From positions 35,278,137-35,333,655 of the forward strand of contig NC_057719.1 of NCBI RefSeq assembly GCF_004010195.1: a stretch of DNA of 55,519 bases, read 5' to 3'. The DNA comes from Chiloscyllium plagiosum. Its lineage: Eukaryota. Position numbers and translations under genes: made by a program. Below are positions 48,994 to 55,519 of the stretch, one piece after another. Numbering within the stretch: position 1 is the stretch's first letter; each line of letters begins with the position of its first letter. The notes beneath the pieces were generated by a model, which was given only the letters and a program-made list of their open reading frames with translations, did not search any database and was not told where the DNA came from.

Positions 48994-50298
48994 CTAAGAG
49001 CTCAGACTTACCACTTTACCAGGCCTTGCCCATGTGCAAATAAATCCCTCTTGACAGGCAGTGACTATACAGTCTTCAAGAAATATTAACACAGTCAGTC
49101 TTTCATGTGCTATCTTTTTACAGATAAGAGGCTCTAACAAGGGCACATCATCCATTCTAGGGCAGAGAGAAGTTCCAAGAGTCTTAGCGGAGTCCATTTT
49201 AGTTTTGGTGACTAGGTTTAGCTTGTCGCTGCTTTTGCTGGAAATGTGGCCCATGCTGTGATTTCGTTTGTGATCCTTCTCATGGTGTCTTTCCTTGCGG
49301 TCGTGTAGTGATAAGGTTGCAAACTTACTGACTCCAGAAGCAATTGCACCATCCATGACGCTGCTTTTGTTATTGACATTTGTAACTGCTGAATGTGGAA
49401 GGCTATTTGATCGAGGAAGAGGTGGAGGTAAAGAATTGCTGGGTGTTGTTGTGATGCTGCTGTTGCCATTGCTTCCAGTGCTGGTTGCAACATTTCCAGC
49501 AGATGGGCTTGTGGCATTCATCACATTTGTGTGTGTCCGAGCACGTGAAAGAGGTTGATGAGGGAACAAAATATCTTCCGTCAAATCCCACAAACAAAGC
49601 TGTGTGTCTTGGCCAACAGACCCAAACCTATACGTGACACTTACAGGGCGACTGTCTGTAGAATTCCTTTTTGACAACCTAGATTGTGTACTATTTGCTC
49701 GATCTCTGCCAAAGTGTATTTGGTCTTGGAAGTCCTCATCACTCCCACTGAACTCCATAGGATCATTTTCTTCTACACTAGTGGTATACGGATCAAATGC
49801 AACAACACTGACCCATGACTTATGTCCATGTCCCCTGGCTATTACACGACAGTCTATAAAAGACCACACGGTCACCAGATCATCCTCTCCACCTGTTACA
49901 ATGTATTTTCCATCTGGACTCCAACACACACATAGCAGTCCTCCAAAGTAACTTTTCATTGTACCATGTAACTCCACCGAATCAAAGTTAAACACACGGA
50001 GAAATCCATCCTGACTTACACAAGCAAGGTACTTCCCATCAGGAGAGAATGCAAATTCATTCAGAGCCCCCTCTCCAACTGTCCATTTGAGTAAAGGGTT
50101 TCTTGTAGATTTGCTTTTGCAAGTGTGAACTGCATAATTGTCTCCTTGTTTCAATGGCTGATAATGCGGTGCTGTGGTACCACAAGAATGTTCCACATTA
50201 TACAAGTACATATTGCCACTGGAATGAGACACTAAAAACAGGCTTTCTGAACCAGGCACCCATTTAACACAGGTTACTCGTGACTTGTCTATTAACCT
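48994..50298 (-). CDS. WDR20: WD repeat-containing protein 20, large exon (unspliced read-through isoform ending ...RPGKVVSLSS*; an internal donor ends the exon at 49012 for the spliced isoform)
   Basis: ORF 48994..50358 reads RLIDKSRVTCVKWVPGSESLFLV...GHGHKSWVSVVAFDPY...KKIAHERLTVLIFLEDCIVTACQEGFICTWARPGKV, recognisable as WDR20. Acceptor TTTTTCCTCAACAG|AGG lies at 50299/50298 (phase 0), so the first 20 aa of the listed ORF are intronic. Donor GTG|GTAAGT lies at 49012/49011. Confidence 0.97.
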   Translation of the reverse strand, partial: RLIDKSRVTCVKWVPGSESLFLVSHSSGNMYLYNVEHSCGTTAPHYQPLKQGDNYAVHTCKSKSTRNPLLKWTVGEGALNEFAFSPDGKYLACVSQDGFLRVFNFDSVELHGTMKSYFGGLLCVCWSPDGKYIVTGGEDDLVTVWSFIDCRVIARGHGHKSWVSVVAFDPYTTSVEENDPMEFSGSDEDFQDQIHFGRDRANSTQSRLSKRNSTDSRPVSVTYRFGSVGQDTQLCLWDLTEDILFPHQPLSRARTHTNVMNATSPSAGNVATSTGSNGNSSITTTPSNSLPPPLPRSNSLPHSAVTNVNNKSSVMDGAIASGVSKFATLSLHDRKERHHEKDHKRNHSMGHISSKSSDKLNLVTKTKMDSAKTLGTSLCPRMDDVPLLEPLICKKIAHERLTVLIFLEDCIVTACQEGFICTWARPGKVVSLSS

Positions 50299-51189
50299 CT
50301 GTTGAGGAAAAAGACAACCAATTAATACTTCTATTGTGCAATATCTTCTAAACGACATTGAAGCATGTAATAGATAGAACAGTTAACAAAATTAAATTAA
50401 AATTCACTTTCCTTTATAAAGAATCTTTTAAAGTACTATGTAAAACATACCAATCTTTGACAAAATAACTACTATTTTTGTTATCAGTAAAATAATGAAC
50501 CATTAACTATTGAATTAAAAAAAGATCTGTATAACCAAACATAAATAAGACATTACAATCATATCAGCTTTAAAACACGAACCACAAACGCAGATTATCA
50601 CTGCATGATATTTTACAAGTGAGTGACTCAGTGAAACAATATAAAATCCATAACTTCAGATCATGAATGTTCCCAGGCTAACAGATCACCTGCAAGTAAT
50701 GAGTTGGCAAAAAAAAATCCGACTTCCTGTGGAATCAACAGTCTTGCATCTCAAACATGGCACATCCTCTGGTGATCTGGGCTAATAGTATGGATTCTGC
50801 TGTGCTAGTAACGGTATGGCTGTCAGCACTTGCCATTATTACTAGGTAAAACCAAATTCAACTGCTATCCACCACATATACATGATTAAAAGTAAAACCT
50901 GGAAACTGCTGTAAATGATATCCTGCTCCTCCACAGGTTGTAATCTTTTTCACTGAAATATGTACAGAGATCATTGTCATGGTTTGAACTTGGGTTAGGT
51001 ACCCAGTATTCTCACACTAAGATGGATGACCAAATCAGGGCTTGTTCAATCAAGAGTTACTGAGTTTTTGAAACAACGCAGTCAGTGATAACTGCTGAAT
51101 AAGAGCAGGTCAGAGGCTCTGAATTCTGCAATACTTTCTCCCGTTGTCCATCTACAAGACCAGTCAGGAGTGAGATAGAATGTTCTCAT

Positions 51190-51630
51190 TTGACTGAAAG
51201 GCTGCATTTCCAACATGCCCAAGATACTCAACAATATCCAGGACAAACCAATCCTTCCCAATGGCATCACAGCCACCACTTTCAACATTCAGTCCCTTCA
51301 CCAACTTACAGTAGAAGGTAAGATGCAATATAACAACTCATCCAGGGTCCTTTGGCAGCACCATCCAAACCCACAACCTGCACCACCCAGAAGGTTAAGA
51401 GGAGCAGATTCATGGGAACACAACCTACAAGTCCCCTTCCAAGTCACATATCATCCGGACTTGGAACTAAATCAGCATTCCTCACTGTCACTAATTCAAA
51501 ATCCTAGAACTCTCTTTCCACAGTCCCAAAGCATGCTGCAGTTAAAAATGGAAGCTCACCTTTACCTTTCAAGGGCAGTTAAGGTTGGGTAATAATTGCT
51601 GGCCCATTCAAACATGTCACACTCAAACAT
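51190..51630 (+). mobile_element. Old CR1/L2-group LINE 3' end
   Basis: Same family as 53455-54018 (AAAATCCTAGAACTC...AAGGGCAGTTAAGG...TGCTGGCCC). Confidence 0.6.
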
Positions 51631-51862
51631 ATAAAAAGAAACCTTTCTGACTGTTGGGAAAAAAACTCATTTAGCGCAGTCACATTCCCTCATAAGAAAA
51701 TTAATGCTGCAATCTACAATGTTTTTTCATGTCCTTCCTACCCATATGTTCTAATCTTGATTTCAATTCACGCACAATAATCTAAATACATTTTATATAT
51801 TTTTTTTAAAAACTACTATTATTGTGGTCTACATATTTTAGTAAGAATTCCTCAATCTAACT

Positions 51863-52051
51863 GGGTTATAGTCCGATAGGTTTGATTGGAAGCACTAGCT
51901 TTTGTAGCGTTGCTCCTTCATCAGGACAACCAGCTGATGAAGGAGCAGTGCTACAAAAGCTAGTGCTTCCAATTAAACCTGTCGGACTATAACCTGGTGT
52001 TGTGTGATTTTTCAACTTCATCCACTTCAGTCCAACACCAGCATCTCCAAA
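51863..52051. mobile_element. 189-bp fold-back insertion from a second Penelope-like family, with 11-bp TSD, in a WDR20 intron
   Basis: 61-bp inverted arms at 51864-51924 and 51934-51994 (4 mismatches), a 9-nt loop and a 57-nt tail. TSD TCAATCTAACT at 51852-51862 and 52052-52062. Hammerhead-like CTGATGA...AAAGCTA. Confidence 0.85.
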
Positions 52052-53454
52052 TCAATCTAACTAGTGATGCTTGACCTTTTTAAACAGGTTTTATCATGCT
52101 GTAGAGGGAACAAATTTAAACACATACTAGATGAATGAAAACTCTACAATCACTCACTAAAAGTCCGAACAAAAGTCACAGGGTGGAAGATAAAGACACT
52201 CATATAGTCACAGCAAAATCCAGACCAATTACTTCACTATCCTAACAATCCATTAATTATTTTCAAACATTTTTCAGAATCATTGGATAATAGAATGCTT
52301 ACAAAACAGGAGGCTATTTGATCCATCATTTCCACATTAAATAGTCCACTTCTCGGCCTTTTTCCCGCATCCTCGTAAATTTCTTCAAGTAACTATCCAA
52401 TTCCCTTTTGGAAGCCACAATTGAATCTGCCTTCACCCAACTCTCATTCCTAATCACAGCTCATCCTTCTCTTTTTTATGCCATTCACTTCAAATTAGTG
52501 CACTCTGGCCATTTCATCAATCGATCAGTTTGTCTCCATCTTCTTTGTCTAGTCCCATGTGATTTTGAACACAGGAACACCATTAGCAAATCCTTTTGAC
52601 CTTTTATTTGATCATACTTTACTCTGTCTTCATCTTACTAAAATAATTGTTCTAATATGTTTATTATAATAAAGGCATAATGTTCCCATGGCACAATTCT
52701 GACAGCAGTTGAATCTATTCCTCACATTTTCTGATCAATTACAATCAGTCCTTTGGAATTCATAGAATGTGTACATAATAATTTTTGCAGAGGTTTTAAA
52801 TCCAGTATCACAAATTCAGATATGTTGAAGAGTCAGATGACATCACAAATAATATGGAAATCTGTTATCTTTACATATCATACACAATCACTTTCTTTAT
52901 AAATCACTCTCAAAATTAAGAAACATAAGTTCAGATCATGAATTTGTCAACTGAGAAAGTTTTCCTCTTTTTTTAAAAAACATTAGTTCCAATGTGGGGC
53001 ATCAATCATCTATTGTTACGACTCTAAGATACAAAAAGTATTGCAAAAATCAGGCTTTGAATAGCCTTTTCCTGTATTTGCTTACAATAATACACGAACA
53101 ATACCATGCCCTACTGTGGAATCACAGGATATTTTGCTTTCTCTACAGCAGAGGCTCCTAGATATGCAGTACATGGTCAATCCAAGTAATATAAGGGGAA
53201 ACAAGAACATTTTCACCCCTGCCTTGATACTTTGCAGCTATATCTGTTAACTTACCAGCAGATCTAATGTAATATGCTTGTTATTTGATTCCTGAATACA
53301 GGTTTTTGTCACCTGAAGCATAACAGGATCTTTTTTTAAAAATTAGACCCTGAAAGTAAGATTGAACATTCATTATAGTGCCAAGCAAACACAATGAAAC
53401 CAATCCAATGTTTGCATTTGACAGTGCTGCTCTGATAAATTGAAAATATCAAAG

Positions 53455-54018
53455 GCTAGGAATCCTGCAGTGAGTAACTTGCCTCCTGACTCACCAAAGC
53501 CTGTCCACCATCTGCAAAGCGCAAGTCAGGAGTGTGGTGGAATACTCTCCACCTGCCTGGATAAGAGCAGCTCCAATAACACTCCTGAAGTTTGACACTA
53601 ACCGTGACAAAGCAATCTGTGTGTCTGGCACCACATCCACAAACATTCAGTTCCTCCACCACCAATGAACATCAACAACAGTGTGTACCATCTCCAAGAT
53701 GCACTGCAGAAATTCACCAGAGCTCCTTAGACAGCACCTAAATCCACGACCCCTACCATCTCGAAAGACAGATACATGGAAACACCACCACCTGCAAGAT
53801 CTTCTCCAAGCCACTCTCAGCCTGAATTGGAAATATGTCCTTGTTTCTTAGTTGTTGCAAGGTCAAAATCCTGGAACTCTTTCCCTAACAGTATTGTGTG
53901 TATACTTGCAAGAGATGGATATACAGTGGTTCAAGAAGGTAGTTCACCATCATCTTCTGAAGGACAACAGGGATTGGCAAGAAATGCTGGCCCAGCCAGC
54001 AACGCTCACATCCCATGA
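53455..54018 (+). mobile_element. CR1/L2-group LINE 3' end
   Basis: RT C-terminal remnant (TICKAQVRSVVEYSPPAW) and tail TTCAAGAAGG...AAATGCTGGCCCAGCCAGCAACGCTCACATCCCATGA. Confidence 0.7.
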
Positions 54019-55074
54019 GTATAGAAAAAATAATTATGCTAATTCAGATACTGTCTCAATCCATCTGGGTGGCATTAGAAGTTCAATTGTTTATTTTGAA
54101 GGTCATAGGATATGTGAAAATATGAATCAAAATATGAATTATGGAGTATCACAACAAAGGAATGCCTTTTTTAGTCAAATCAAAATATGTGACCTTTCAA
54201 AAGATTACACTGAAAACCTGGAAACTGGATTGGGCAATTTAATTTGAAACTCCTAATGATAACGATGCAGCAAAGAAATAAATCTGAGAGCTACAAGGTA
54301 AGGTGAGAGTTCAATATAAACTGACTTTGGGAAACTAGGCTTTCAAAACAGCTTTAATTAGCAGTATCCCAAAGTATAGGATTCATGAAATAACTAAACA
54401 AAAACTTTGGAAACTTCAAAACATCAAAAGAAGTGCAGTGAAGCAATCAGACTTTCAACCCTCGCCTTGATAGTAAAATAACTTGCCCAAATACATGTTA
54501 ATTTTCCACATTTCTTGCCTTGATGTAGAATAAATTGCCATTGTAAAATCCATTAGATGTCCGGTGAAAAAAAGTATGATGAACTATGTATAAAAATGTG
54601 CTGGTCTTAACCTTCCACTAGCTTGAATTTTGCTCATGAAATTTTGTAATAGTAGCAGGTATAAAATGCAATAATGACCACAACCATAAATAGAGAGATG
54701 CACAGAGCAGAAAAGGTAATGTAGTGATTCTAATGATGCTGCAAAACAGTTTCTCACAATAACTATACAGTGTAGTCTGTAAAGTGTTTATTTTGTGGTT
54801 TGTAGTTTGTAAGGACTTCATTTTGTTTTAATGAGGTCAAGGGACAAAGGGCCTTAAAGTAATTAATATTGTTTGATTTTAAGAGCCCTTTAAAGGTTTA
54901 ATCCAAAGGCCCAAGTTATGGTAGCAGAACTAAAGGCTGTGTATTGCTCCTCCTATTTTATGAAGATGGGGGCTGAGCACAGCACATGTGCACGAGGTGT
55001 CTCAAGCTGCAGCTCTTCGAAGCTCAGGTTTGGGAGCCGGAGCAACAGTTGGAGATACTTCTGTAGGCCTCTAT

Positions 55075-55345
55075 GTCTCTATTGTGGGGATATTGTGGGG
55101 ATAACTGAGACGTGGTTTCAAGTGGACAGGGCCTGGGAAATGAATATTCAAGATACACGGGCAGAGGGGGTGGGGTGGCCTTGTTGGTAAGGGACGATAT
55201 TCAGTCCCTTGCGCGGGGGGACCTAGAGTCAGGAGATGTAGAGTCAGTGTGGATAGAGCTTCGAAATACTAAGAGTAAAAGGACCCTCTTGGGAGTCATC
55301 TACAGGCCTCCAAACAGTAGTCTGGATGTCGGATGTAAGTTAAAC
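55075..55345 (+). mobile_element. CR1 endonuclease fragment
   Basis: DIVGITETW, GGGVALLVRD and ESVWIELRN...LGVIYRPPNS. Confidence 0.88.
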
Positions 55346-55401
55346 TTCCATCAAATCACCCCCCCTTCCCCACCGGGGTTTTCGAAATTCCAGTAAAAAC
55401 C

Positions 55402-55519
55402 AGGAGGAAGTGAGGTTTGCAGATGCTGGAGATCCCACGCCCCTGATGAAGGGCTTTTGCCTGCGACGCCAACCCTCCTGCTCCTCGGATGCTGCCTGAC
55501 CGGCTGTGCTTTTCCACAC
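55402..55519. mobile_element. Penelope-terminus copy (inverted tail, then pLTR with decayed hammerhead), cut off by the window end
   Basis: GAAGTGAGGTTTGCAGATGCTGGAGATC followed by CCTGATGAAGGGCTTTTGCC...CCTGCTCCTCGGATGCTGCCTGACC. Confidence 0.75.

Noticed and set aside
50299..50358. N-terminal 20 aa (MSFRRYCTIEVLIGCLFPQQ) of the 454-aa ORF as a protein start
   Set aside because: This is an intronic polypyrimidine tract and acceptor. WDR20 similarity starts at RLIDK, and the upstream exons were not found in this window.

Overview
Vertebrate genomic DNA, most likely from a shark or other elasmobranch (inferred from HE1/V-SINEs, a DeuSINE and dense CR1 LINEs). The window holds the convergent 3' ends of two genes. 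MOK (+ strand) contributes two short C-terminal exons that the ORF track misses (7894-8079 and 20253-20330). WDR20 (- strand) contributes its large exon (49012/48994-50298) and a spliced alternative last exon (42835-42888). About 1-40 kb is a nested transposon graveyard: CR1 and L2 LINEs, two Penelope-like elements (RT, GIY-YIG), several SINE families, a TA-flanked MITE and a probable solo LTR. About 40.3-51 kb, around the WDR20 3' end, has no recognisable young repeats. The most notable structures are (i) tiny Penelope-terminus insertions with 10-13 bp target-site duplications that form fold-back hairpins and/or carry minimal hammerhead-ribozyme cores, (ii) a local tandem array of a ~115-bp tRNA-derived SINE punctuated by a recurring 17-bp spacer, and (iii) a copy of a CR1's own 3' junction inserted inside that CR1. 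Repeat boundaries without a stated TSD are approximate, and family names come from motif recognition, not database searches.
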